From Candidatus Versatilivorator sp. (lineage in GTDB: Bacteria; Acidobacteriota; Terriglobia; Versatilivoradales; Versatilivoraceae), in contig OZ242296.1 of assembly GCA_965207735.1 (NCBI GenBank), forward strand, positions 4,512,001 through 4,576,000: DNA of 64,000 nt, given 5' to 3'. Positions 1 to 10,861 of this stretch are shown here, piece by piece. The translations under genes and the position numbers were made by a program. Under the pieces are notes generated by a model. That model made no database searches. It saw only the letters and a list, made by a program, of their open reading frames with translations, and had not been told where the DNA came from. Numbering within the stretch: the stretch's first letter is position 1; each line of letters begins with the position of its first letter.

Positions 1-192
1 CAACTCTATTCTGCCATTGGGGTGGCCATTCCTGCGGGAAGGGTACAATGAAGACATGGACCCAAATCATTCCAGTCAACCTGGCCTTGACGGCCGTGGG
101 CCTTCGGGTGTGGCTCCATCCCTGGCGCGCTTTGGGAGAAGTTTCCTAGCTTGACTTGGTTCACGCCACCGATCCCTTGGGCCTAACTACTC

Positions 193-729
193 TCAGTCCA
201 GATCCTCTCCCGACCCCTGGGCCAGGTAACGCGCCCAGTCGTCCATCAGGACACGCCGGCGCTCGAACAGGTTCGAGCGAGCATAGGCCGCCTCGATCCG
301 GTTGCAGACCACATGCGCCAGGGCCGCCTCGATCACTTCTCGGGGATCATCCGTCTCTTCGGCCGCCCAGTCCCGGAAGCTGAATCTGAACCCGCGCGGC
401 ACGGCCGCAATCCCCTGCTCGCGGACCGGCCACCGCAGCTCCTTGTCATTGAGCGGCTTCCCTTGCCCGCGGGTGAACACCAGAGGACCGGCTCCTTCGC
501 CCAGAGTCCGTGCCGCTTCGAGAACCCCCAACGCTCGGCCACGGACGACGAGGCGTTGAATCCAACTGCGGGTTCCGCTGGGCTGGACGAAGAGGTACAA
601 TCCGTTTCCATCGGCGTATCTTCCGGGCGGAGCGGAGCGCAGGAAGGCAGCCGAGAGGACGTTGCTGGGGTGGCAGTCGGTGGGTTTGGTTTTAGGTCGG
701 GCAGGAGCGAAGTCCGTTACAGTATTTAT
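193..729 (-). pseudogene. P4-type tyrosine integrase remnant with in-frame internal deletion and lost start codon
   Basis: Colinear with 55488-56720 (GRYADGNGLYLFVQPSGTRSWIQRL, then jumps to RALGVLEAA...LAH...AYARS). About 229 codons are missing, the ATG-equivalent is ATA at 727-729, and HxxR has become RGFR. Confidence 0.9.
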
Positions 730-890
730 CCCCCCATATTATGGGGGATGGCAATGGATTTCAGGGGACGTTGGTAGCAAGTCAACCCACAGTAGAACCG
801 GGATAAGACACTCATAACTAAGACAGTTATAGACTCTACTGGACGACGATAGACATCACTGGATTTTGTAGGGACGTTGCGGCGGCGACA
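730..890. mobile_element. Integrase-proximal end (att arm region plus core GGCGGCGACA at 881-890) of an integrative element extending left of the window
   Basis: Homologous to 56721-56880: CCCCCAT-N3-ATGGGGG palindrome, 10-bp periodic ACTGGA/GGAC repeats, homology stops at CGTT+2 nt, followed by a REP half-site. Confidence 0.75.
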
Positions 891-1040
891 GCAATCTTCC
901 CTGGTGTTCAATTCCGCACAAGCCAGACCGCTGCCGGAGTAGTCCGTGCCCTAAGGCTCCCCTGAGAAGCGCTGCAAGATGCTATGGACGGCCGATGGCT
1001 CGGCCAAGGAATGAGATATGAGGGCTTGGGAACAGGTCCG

Positions 1041-2612
1041 TCACTGCAGCACTGGAAGCTTGAAGGCAGCAGCTTCCTGGTGATTCCGGACCAGCAGAAG
1101 GTCCCCGCTGAGGGCCGGCGTGTTCCAGGTGATTCCCTCGAGGGCCGGAAAGCGGGCGACTTCCTTGTACCGCTCGGGATTGGCCTCCACCAGCGCCACC
1201 TCGCCTTGCTCCGAGGTGATGAGCAGCAGGTCCCCCACCAGAACGAGTTGGCCGTGTCCGTAGCGGCCCCTCTTCCAGCGGCGCCGGCCCGTCTCCGGGT
1301 CCAGGCAAACCAGGATTCCCTCGTCCAGACCGTAGATCGAACCCTTGTGCAGCACGGTGTTGGTGAACTTGGTTTTGAGTCCCCTGCTTTCCCAGACGGT
1401 TTCTGAACGGTACTTTCCATCCTCGCCGGCACTGATCCGAAACAGCTTGCTGCCGATTCCATAGCCGCTGGAGACGAGCACCAGGTCGTCGGCTATGGCC
1501 ACCGGTTGGGAGCAATGAGGCTGACCGCTGGGAAAGGCCTGCTCCCAGAGGACGCTGCCGTCGTCGGGCGAATGGGCGCTGACCATCTGTTGATTCACCA
1601 TGACGATCTGAGGCCGGTCCAGCAGGGTGAGCAGCGTCGGTGAGGCGTAGGAAGTGACGGCGTTTCCTGCGATCCAGACCAACTCACCGCCGAGTTGGCG
1701 ATAGGCAGCCAGGGAACGATGGGGGGAACCGCCGGGGTTGACCACCACCAGGTCGTCGACCAGCAGCGGGGAAGAGCTGCGACCCCAGCGCAAGCCGCCG
1801 GCCGCGTTCTCGGTCTCGATATTGCGTTGCCAAAGCAGCTTGCCGGTTTCAAGTTCCAGGCAGTTGAGCAGGCCCCTGGGGCTCAGGGTGTAGACTCTGC
1901 CCTCACGAGAAATGGTGGGAGTGGCTCGCGGGCCGTCTCCCCCCAGGGCGCTGTGGAATGTGGCCTGGTCGGTGTGAACCCAAACGACCTTGCCGGTGCG
2001 CAGCTCGTAGGCGACGACGAGTTGCCGGGAGCCGCGTTGTTCCTGGGTGAGGGCCAGCTCGCCGGCAATGGCGAAGGAGGACCATCCCAGCCCGATAGGC
2101 TGTTTCCAGAGCTGCTCGGGAGGGTGTCGGGTCCAGTCGGTGACCAGCCTGGGTCCGGGCAGCCGCGCATCCCGGTTGGGGCCCAGAAACTGGGGGAAGT
2201 CGGTCGCGGCGCCGGCTACCGTAACCGTGTGGGTTCCCGAAGCGGTGCCGGGGATGTCCGGGACAGTCCGCGAGGTCCAGCTCCAGCTCAGAATGGGAAC
2301 CAGGTTGCCGTCCACTCCTTCGTAGACCAGCACGCTCCGCAGCAGGAACCCGAACAGGACCACCGCCGCCAATCCCAATCCCTTGGCTTTCCAGCTCAGG
2401 CCCGAAGCCAGCAGCCACCACAGGGTCAGCAGCAGCGTGGAAACGATCAGGACCAGGGCTGTCCGGATAGTTCGGGTCGCCTCCTGGCTCACCTCGGCCG
2501 ACCAGATCCAGGTCAAGGCGACCAGGGCGGCGATCCCGATGACCGCCGCCGGCCACCAACGGAGCCGGCGCCGCCTTTCGGTCTTGTGTGATTCGGATTC
2601 GGATGGACTCAC
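1041..2612 (-). CDS. Membrane-anchored PQQ-like beta-propeller repeat protein (BamB-like)
   Basis: N-terminal hydrophobic helices, FPQFLGPNRD motif, repeated G-x-x-x-W propeller motifs (TGKVVW, TGKLLW, DGSVLW). Confidence 0.85.
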   Translation of the reverse strand: MSPSESESHKTERRRRLRWWPAAVIGIAALVALTWIWSAEVSQEATRTIRTALVLIVSTLLLTLWWLLASGLSWKAKGLGLAAVVLFGFLLRSVLVYEGVDGNLVPILSWSWTSRTVPDIPGTASGTHTVTVAGAATDFPQFLGPNRDARLPGPRLVTDWTRHPPEQLWKQPIGLGWSSFAIAGELALTQEQRGSRQLVVAYELRTGKVVWVHTDQATFHSALGGDGPRATPTISREGRVYTLSPRGLLNCLELETGKLLWQRNIETENAAGGLRWGRSSSPLLVDDLVVVNPGGSPHRSLAAYRQLGGELVWIAGNAVTSYASPTLLTLLDRPQIVMVNQQMVSAHSPDDGSVLWEQAFPSGQPHCSQPVAIADDLVLVSSGYGIGSKLFRISAGEDGKYRSETVWESRGLKTKFTNTVLHKGSIYGLDEGILVCLDPETGRRRWKRGRYGHGQLVLVGDLLLITSEQGEVALVEANPERYKEVARFPALEGITWNTPALSGDLLLVRNHQEAAAFKLPVLQ

Positions 2613-2703
2613 GGGGTCTCCCGGGGCTCACGACCTCGGCTTCATGTCGCTGCGACCTCCGCGGGTCAGCTCGAAGCCCGAGTGATGTCTACAATAATCA
2701 GCC

Positions 2704-4074
2704 CTACTCGTTCTGCAGCACCATGGCCTCGGCTTCCAGGCGCTTCATCATGGACTGGAACTCGGGAGAGCCGTCGTTGTCCCAGTACTCGGTAGAGAGG
2801 GGTGCGTCGAAGGCCATGGGAATCAGACGCCATCGGTGGGGCAGGACCATCAGATGCCGAGTCTCGGGAGGCTTCATCAGGTTGTACATCACGGCCCCGT
2901 TCTTGAAGCGGGTCCTCAGAATGAAGGGAGGTTGCTGGGGCGGCCGGTTGTGCTTGAGCGTCTCCAGGGCTTCCCGATCCAGGGTCACCCCCAGGCCGGG
3001 GCTCTCCGAGACGCGAACGAAGCCGTTGGTGGGCCGGAAGCGTTCATTGGTCACGTCACCGGCCAGGGTCTCGGCCGCGGTGGTGATATGGAAGTCGGCG
3101 GTCTTGAAGGCGGCCTGCATGTGGATCAACATGGCCTGGGTGATGCCGCCCCCGACCCATTGGACGGTGAAGGGTACACCCGCGGCCGCGAACAGTCCGG
3201 CTCGCTGCATGACCAGACCCAGCTTGCTGTGTCCGATGATGTACCCGTCGGCGGCCCGACGCAGCACCTCGAAGCTGTGCTGGATCCTGCTGCCGTGGAT
3301 GAGGATGGGCAGCCGGATTCGCTTGCGCAGATCGATGTAGGCATCGATGTCGGTGGTCTCCAGCGGGTCCTCGAAGCAGCCGGCAATGGGAGAGCGAGCC
3401 ACCCGCTCCACCAGGTCGGGGTTGTGGCCGTAGTGGTGGAAGCGGGTGAGGTCGAAGTGCAGCTTGAACCCCTTGGGGGCCACCTGCTCCATGGCCTCGA
3501 GCTGATCGAAGACGTTCTCGAAGGGCGAGAGGTGATACTTCATCCAGTTGTAGCCCATGGCCGAGTATTTCTGGACGGCTTCCACCATGTGGGGCGGATG
3601 GGTGGAGACCGTCCAGGACGAGACGGGCACCCAGCGCCGGTAGCGCTGGCCGAAGAGCTTGTAGACCGGGACCCCGGCTGCCTTTCCCATCAGGTCGTAG
3701 GTGGCCTTGGCCATGGGAATGGAGGTCTCGTCCCCGACCCAGTCGAAGGGGCTGGTGCCGATGTATTTCTCGAGCACCTCATCCGGCTCGTCGCTCCCTT
3801 CGCCCAACCCCTGAAGGCCCTTGTCGGTGTGAACCACATAGACGCTACGCTTGGTGGGACCGTAGAAGTGATTCAGCTCGTAGTGGAGCCAGTCCACGTA
3901 GTCGGGATGGATCTCGTGTTTCTCGATGTCGGTGATGGTGATCCGACCGCGGACCGAATCGGCGGTCTTCTTTGCCGCCAGCGCCAGCCAGGGCTGTTGC
4001 AGCGCCGCCGTGGCCAACAGTCCTCCCGCGCCGGTCGCCAGGAACTGTCTCCGGCTCTGTATCTTCTTCCCCAT
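2704..4074 (-). CDS. Mandelate racemase/muconate lactonizing (enolase superfamily) enzyme with Tat signal peptide
   Basis: Start MGKKIQSRRQFL with RBS GAAGGA; VHTDKGLQGLGE, YDLMGKAAGVPVYKLFG and PGLGVTLD motifs. The ORF-track extension to 4284 overlaps the tRNA and is rejected. Confidence 0.85.
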   Translation of the reverse strand: MGKKIQSRRQFLATGAGGLLATAALQQPWLALAAKKTADSVRGRITITDIEKHEIHPDYVDWLHYELNHFYGPTKRSVYVVHTDKGLQGLGEGSDEPDEVLEKYIGTSPFDWVGDETSIPMAKATYDLMGKAAGVPVYKLFGQRYRRWVPVSSWTVSTHPPHMVEAVQKYSAMGYNWMKYHLSPFENVFDQLEAMEQVAPKGFKLHFDLTRFHHYGHNPDLVERVARSPIAGCFEDPLETTDIDAYIDLRKRIRLPILIHGSRIQHSFEVLRRAADGYIIGHSKLGLVMQRAGLFAAAGVPFTVQWVGGGITQAMLIHMQAAFKTADFHITTAAETLAGDVTNERFRPTNGFVRVSESPGLGVTLDREALETLKHNRPPQQPPFILRTRFKNGAVMYNLMKPPETRHLMVLPHRWRLIPMAFDAPLSTEYWDNDGSPEFQSMMKRLEAEAMVLQNE

Positions 4075-4119
4075 GTCCTTCTCCCAGTTGATGGTATCGT
4101 GTAAGGCGTGGACAACATG

Positions 4120-4206
4120 TGGTGCGGAAGGGGGGACTTGAACCCCCACGACCTTGCGGCCACTAGAACCTGAATCTAGCGCGTCTGCCAATTCCGCCAC
4201 TTCCGC
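4120..4206 (-). tRNA. tRNA-Leu (CAG)
   Basis: GCGGAAGTGGCGGAATTGGCAGACGCGCTAGATTCAGGTTCTAG...GGTTCAAGTCCCCCCTTCCGCACCA; long variable arm; encoded CCA. Confidence 0.97.
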
Positions 4207-4361
4207 TCGGGTGGGCCGTCTGAAAGTTAACACGCCCGCCAGCCCTTGTAAAGAGGCCGCCAACCCAAGGGGCCGCCAACCCAAGCTGCCCGCCGAACAG
4301 AGCCTGCCGCCAAATGGGATCGTCCGGTCGCCGGGCGCCCAGGATCATCGAGAGACCCGAC

Positions 4362-6647
<2,286 letters not shown>

Positions 6648-6694
6648 CGATTGCAACAAGGTTTCTCGTCCCGCGCCGCTGGTATTCACTCGCG

Positions 6695-6950
6695 GGGGGC
6701 CGCGTTTGCCCCCCACCGGCTCGACTGCGGGCTCCTCCGCCGACTCCCCCTCGAGGGGGGAGTGATACTTGAGGCTTGCACAAGGCTCCTTGCCCGATTG
6801 CTGGGCGGGATGTAAACCATGTTCCCGGTCTACCGAATAAACTCCGTTCCCACTTCATAACACGGATATCACTCCCCCCTTGAGGGGGAGTCGCAGAAGC
6901 CGAGCCGAATGGCGAAAGCTGATGCGGAGGGGGGCCAACGCGGCGCCTCC
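6695..6950. repeat. REPIN/MITE-like element: inverted CTCCCCCT(C/T)(A/G)AGGGGGAG-TGATA arms around a conserved ~100-bp spacer, copy 1
   Basis: Near-identical copies at ~34840-35135 and ~39895-40260; partial copies at 25462-25605 and 57110-57197. Confidence 0.85.
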
Positions 6951-7067
6951 GAACGGTAGCGCCGAATGGCGAAGACTTGTGCGCCGTGAGGGGGGCGCAC
7001 AACCCCAGCCGCCAGGCGAAGGCTGATGCGGTGGGGGGTAAGACGCCGGCTTGTGTCCTCCAGGAAC

Positions 7068-7120
7068 AAATCCACGAAAAAGAGTTATCCACGAAGAACA
7101 ACGAAGGTCCACCAAGGGGT
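7068..7120 (+). repeat. CACGAAG-type short tandem interspersed repeat
   Basis: ATCCACGAAAAAGAGTTATCCACGAAGAACAACGAAGG; same family as the intron flanks and 29976-30021. Confidence 0.7.
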
Positions 7121-7152
7121 TGGAGGAGGTTCGAGAGGAACTGCCAAGGGAA

Positions 7153-7186
7153 AAGGATGCGGGCGGGACGCCCGCGCTCCCGGGGG
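7153..7186 (+). repeat. REP-like palindrome GCGGGCGGGACGCCCGCGCTCCC
   Basis: Further copies at 16346-16395 (-), 25391-25446 and 25743-25796. Confidence 0.85.
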
Positions 7187-7203
7187 TGTCAACCCGCAAG
7201 AGG

Positions 7204-7212
7204 TGCTATACT
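7204..7212 (+). promoter_or_regulatory. Putative extended -10 promoter (TGnTATACT) for tRNA-Met
   Basis: TGCTATACT lies 13 nt upstream of the mature tRNA 5' end. Confidence 0.45.
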
Positions 7213-7225
7213 TTGAGTCCCGAGT

Positions 7226-7301
7226 GGCGGGGTAGCTCAGTGGTTAGAGCGAAGGTCTCATAATCCTTAGGTCGGGGGTTCGAGTCCCCCCCCCGCTACC
7301 A
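7226..7301 (+). tRNA. tRNA-Met (CAT), probably elongator (Ile2 not excluded)
   Basis: GGCGGGGTAGCTCAGTGGTTAGAGC...CTCATAA...GGTTCGAGTCCCCCCCCCGCTACCA; 76 nt; encoded CCA. Confidence 0.93.
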
Positions 7302-7496
7302 GTTCTCCTTCCAACGAAGTCCAAGAAAGTCTGGAATCTGCTAATTTTCAGATACTTAAGCTGTATGCCGTCCCCGATTTCCTGGACAGATTAGACCCAC
7401 CATGCTCAAGCCGCCGGTTTCAGCGCAAGGCGTTGTCTTGTCTTGCCTGAAACAACCGACAAAAGACAAAGAAAAAGACTTATCCACGAAGGGGCA

Positions 7497-9491
7497 GTGC
7501 GCCGTGAAAAGGCGTCTTCTTCTGGCGGGTGCGAACCCCGCCCAACAACTGTCGCTCCGGTTGGTAGCAGCCAGGGCGGATCATGGAGGCAACGAAATGG
7601 TCTGAAGCACTCTGGCGTCAAGGGCCGCCAAGGGCGGCTCAGCGAGCATGCGGGCCGGAACGCGAGTGAACGTCGAGCAGGCCTCGAAACGGACAATACG
7701 GAAGCCGACCCTCCTGTCTTTAGGGGAAGGCCGCTGGCGGATGGGGAAGAGAGCGACGCGGGCACCGATCCGCTTCCGTCGGGGTAGTGACGCTGGCACG
7801 CATGGAAGGGGAAGAAGGCAGCAACACGGGAAGCCCTGGGGGAGATGCGGCACACATCAACCGGGACCCCGCGAGGGGCAGGCCGGGCCGTCAGGGTGGC
7901 GGATGGGTCCGTAGTACCGGAGAAGCCGGGTAACGCCGGTGGAGGGAAGGGACCCTGAGTTGAGAGCAGCATGGAAAGGAGGCAAGGCGTGGCCACTGAC
8001 AAGAGTCTAACAGGGTCAGAGGGGGTTCGGAAATTCCAGACCATGCTACATGCGAAAGCGAAGGAGGACCCCAAGCGGCGGTTTCATGCGCTGTCGGACA
8101 AGGTGTGGCGAGAGGACTTTCTGAAGGAAGCCTGGGCACAGGTACGCCGAAACGGCGGGTCGGCCGGGGTGGACGGGGAGGGCTTCAAGGACATCGAGGC
8201 GTATGGGGTGGAGGGCTGGCTGGGGGAACTGGCGCGGGATCTGAGGGAAGGAACCTACGTACCGAAGCCGGTGCGGCAGGTGCTGATCCCGAAGAAACAG
8301 CCCGGCAAGTTCCGGCCTTTGGGCATACCCTGCATACGGGACCGGGTAGCGCAGACGGCGGCTTTGCTGGTGTTGGAGCCGATCTTCGAAGCGGACCTGC
8401 AACCGGAGCAATATGGCTATCGGCGGGGGCGGAGTGCCAACGACGCGGTCAAACGCGTGCATGAACTCCTGCAAAGGGGTTACCAGGAGGTGGTTGACGG
8501 CGACCTGTCCAACTACTTCGGCGAGATTCCGCATGCGGAGCTGATTCGGAGCATTGCCCGGCGCGTGAGTGACGGGAGGATGCTCAAGCTCATCAAGGCA
8601 TGGCTGGAGATGCCGGTGGAGGAGGACGACGGGAAGGGTGGCAGACGCCGCCGGAACCGAGGGCGCCGGGAGCGGAAGGGGACACCGCAAGGAGCCCCGA
8701 TCTCACCGTTGCTCAGCAATCTCTACATGCGGCGCTTCGTTTTGGGCTGGAAGGTGCTGGGTTATGCCCGGCGCTTCTGTGCGGAGATCGTCAACTATGC
8801 GGATGACTTCCGTGTACTCGGCAGGGCACCGGCGGCAGAGATGCTGACGGCGGTCAAGCGGATCATGGAGGAGCTGAAGCTACCGGTCAACGAGCGGAAG
8901 ACCCGATGCTTGCGGTGTCCGGAGGAACCGATGGGGTTTCTGGGATATCGCATCGGACGCAACTATCGCCCCAAAGGGAAAGGAGCCTACATCGGCACAC
9001 GACCCAGCCAGGCGAGCGTCCAGAGCATCTGCCGCAAGATCAGCGAGTGGACGGCGCCGAGGAACGGGACGCTGCTTCGAGGACAGATGGTAGAACACCT
9101 GAACCGGGCGATGACCGGGTGGGCGAACTACTTCGTTCTGGGGCAGGTGAGCCCGGCCTACCGAGCGATCGACCGCCACGCGGGCGGGCGGCTGCGTCAG
9201 TGGCTCTGTCGGAAGCACAAGGTGAGGACCGGGGGGAGTGTGCGCTTCTCGGACGAGAGACTATGGAAAACCTATGGACTCACTTGCCTGGGGTCGAAGC
9301 CACAGAGCCTTCCGAGGGCGAAGGCATGATCTTGACTGAAAGCCGGATGCGGGAAAACCGCACGTCCGGTTTGACGAGCGGGGGCGAGGAAACGCAGCGA
9401 GGAACGAGATTGAGGCACCGGCGAGTGGCGAAAGCCGCCGGCAACAGCGACTCCCTCGATCTAAGGCCGGCGCGCCTCCCCTCGACTCTAC
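7497..9491 (+). mobile_element. Group II intron (retroelement)
   Basis: 5' GTGCG at 7497; domain V GAAAGCCGGATGCGGGAAAACCGCACGTCCGGTTTG at ~9338; 3' end CTCTAC at 9491; the flanks rejoin into an intact repeat. Confidence 0.92.
7971..9329 (+). CDS. ltrA: Group II intron reverse transcriptase/maturase (no endonuclease domain)
   Basis: GSAGVDG, RPLGIP, GTPQGAPISPLLSN, YADD, FLGY and GWANYF (domain X); no HNH C-terminus. Confidence 0.95.
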   Translation: MERRQGVATDKSLTGSEGVRKFQTMLHAKAKEDPKRRFHALSDKVWREDFLKEAWAQVRRNGGSAGVDGEGFKDIEAYGVEGWLGELARDLREGTYVPKPVRQVLIPKKQPGKFRPLGIPCIRDRVAQTAALLVLEPIFEADLQPEQYGYRRGRSANDAVKRVHELLQRGYQEVVDGDLSNYFGEIPHAELIRSIARRVSDGRMLKLIKAWLEMPVEEDDGKGGRRRRNRGRRERKGTPQGAPISPLLSNLYMRRFVLGWKVLGYARRFCAEIVNYADDFRVLGRAPAAEMLTAVKRIMEELKLPVNERKTRCLRCPEEPMGFLGYRIGRNYRPKGKGAYIGTRPSQASVQSICRKISEWTAPRNGTLLRGQMVEHLNRAMTGWANYFVLGQVSPAYRAIDRHAGGRLRQWLCRKHKVRTGGSVRFSDERLWKTYGLTCLGSKPQSLPRAKA

Positions 9492-9784
9492 CGAAGGACC
9501 ACGAAGGGACACGAAGGCGCTGAGGTTAACCGAGACGGGATACCAAGTTCGCGAAGGGATTGTCGATTTCCGATTGTTTCACTCTCGAATGATCCGCACA
9601 CCAGGGCGGGGGTCCGGCTTGCCTGAACCGGAGGCGCCGGCTCGCCAAGCGGAATTTGGCGTTGATGAATCAGGATGGCCAGGGGAGGCGCCGCGCTCGG
9701 TGGCCCGAAATCGACTGGAGTTACCGATATAGACAGGCCCGGAAGACCGGACAGCCTTCCGCGCCGCTCACAGGGGGGCGAAGC

Positions 9785-10726
9785 TCATTGTCTGTCATGA
9801 GATTCCCCTGCAAGGTCTACCTTCTCCGCGGGATAGGGGGCACTCTCAAGGATCCATTCCCGGAATGCCTGGACCTCCGGCTTGCGCCGTGCGGCGGCGG
9901 TGGTCATCATGCAGCACCGCGTCGGCACATCGTTGTGCCGGTCAAACAACGGTACCAGCGTCCCCTCTTCCAATTCCGGCACAATCGTCTTCGGGCGTCC
10001 GACGGCTGCCCCCATGCCCTTCAAGGTCCCGTGCAGTAGCAGGCTGCACAAGCGGAAGCTCGATGAATGCGACAAGTCCGGCGGGGGGGCACCCTGGGAG
10101 GCGAACCAGTGAGCCCAGTCGGAAGGAAATCCCAGATGGTAGAGCAGGGGCCAGGAATACAGGTCCCTCATTTTGCGGGGCCGTCCATGGGTTTCGAAAA
10201 GAGCCGGGCTGCAGACAGCAAGCAACGTATCTTCGAACAGCGTCTCCCGCAGGGCCACCTCCTGGCTCGGCGCCTTGGTCCCGCCGTCATAGGTGATCCA
10301 AATGTCGAAGTCGTGCCGGTTGGGGTCGACGCCGAGGTGATCAGTCTCCAACTCGATGGCGATGTCTGGCCGGACAGCGTTGAAGTCCGCGATCTTCGGC
10401 ATGAGCCACCGCTCGGCGACGGACTCGACCACGACGACGCTCAGGCGCCTCATCCGTGGCCCGTTCCGATAACGCTCAATGACTTCCCCGATCTCGGCGA
10501 GGATGCGTCGCACGTCCCTCAAACAGGCCTTGCCACGCAGGTTAAGCGTGACGCTGCGGTGTTTGCGGTCGAAAAGGGTGTGGCCGAGGTGGGTTTCGAG
10601 CATCTTGACGCGGTGGGCGACGGCGGCGGCAGTGACCTGGAGCTCCTCCGCGGCCCGGACGAAGCTCTGGTGTCGGGCAGCGGCATCGAAAAAGCGCAGA
10701 CACTCAAGCGGCGGTAGCGGCGGCAT
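9785..10726 (-). CDS. LysR-family transcriptional regulator (GcvA-like)
   Basis: LPPLECLRFFDAAARHQSFVRAAEELQVTAAAVAHRVKMLE HTH followed by a substrate-binding domain. Confidence 0.93.
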   Translation of the reverse strand: MPPLPPLECLRFFDAAARHQSFVRAAEELQVTAAAVAHRVKMLETHLGHTLFDRKHRSVTLNLRGKACLRDVRRILAEIGEVIERYRNGPRMRRLSVVVVESVAERWLMPKIADFNAVRPDIAIELETDHLGVDPNRHDFDIWITYDGGTKAPSQEVALRETLFEDTLLAVCSPALFETHGRPRKMRDLYSWPLLYHLGFPSDWAHWFASQGAPPPDLSHSSSFRLCSLLLHGTLKGMGAAVGRPKTIVPELEEGTLVPLFDRHNDVPTRCCMMTTAAARRKPEVQAFREWILESAPYPAEKVDLAGESHDRQ

Positions 10727-10861
10727 AACTTGGTTAACGGGAAGCTACTGACTGTAGACATAACATATTTTTGTCATGGTGTCATGGCAAAACCGTTTCT
10801 GCTCAGGCTCGAATTGTTGCACTGACGAGAGGCGTGCCATTGGCATAAGTATATTAAGTCT

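Noticed and set aside
4075-4284. N-terminal extension of the enolase-family ORF
   Set aside because: It overlaps tRNA-Leu; the real start with RBS and Tat motif is at 4074.
7226-7301. tRNA-Met or tRNA-Leu as attachment site of the 55488-56720 integrase
   Set aside because: No duplicated tRNA 3' end was found near the integrase; its adjacent end joins a REP.
7971-9329. RT as a retron, DGR or defence-associated RT
   Set aside because: It has domain X and is enclosed by GTGCG, a canonical domain V and an AC end, so it is a group II intron.
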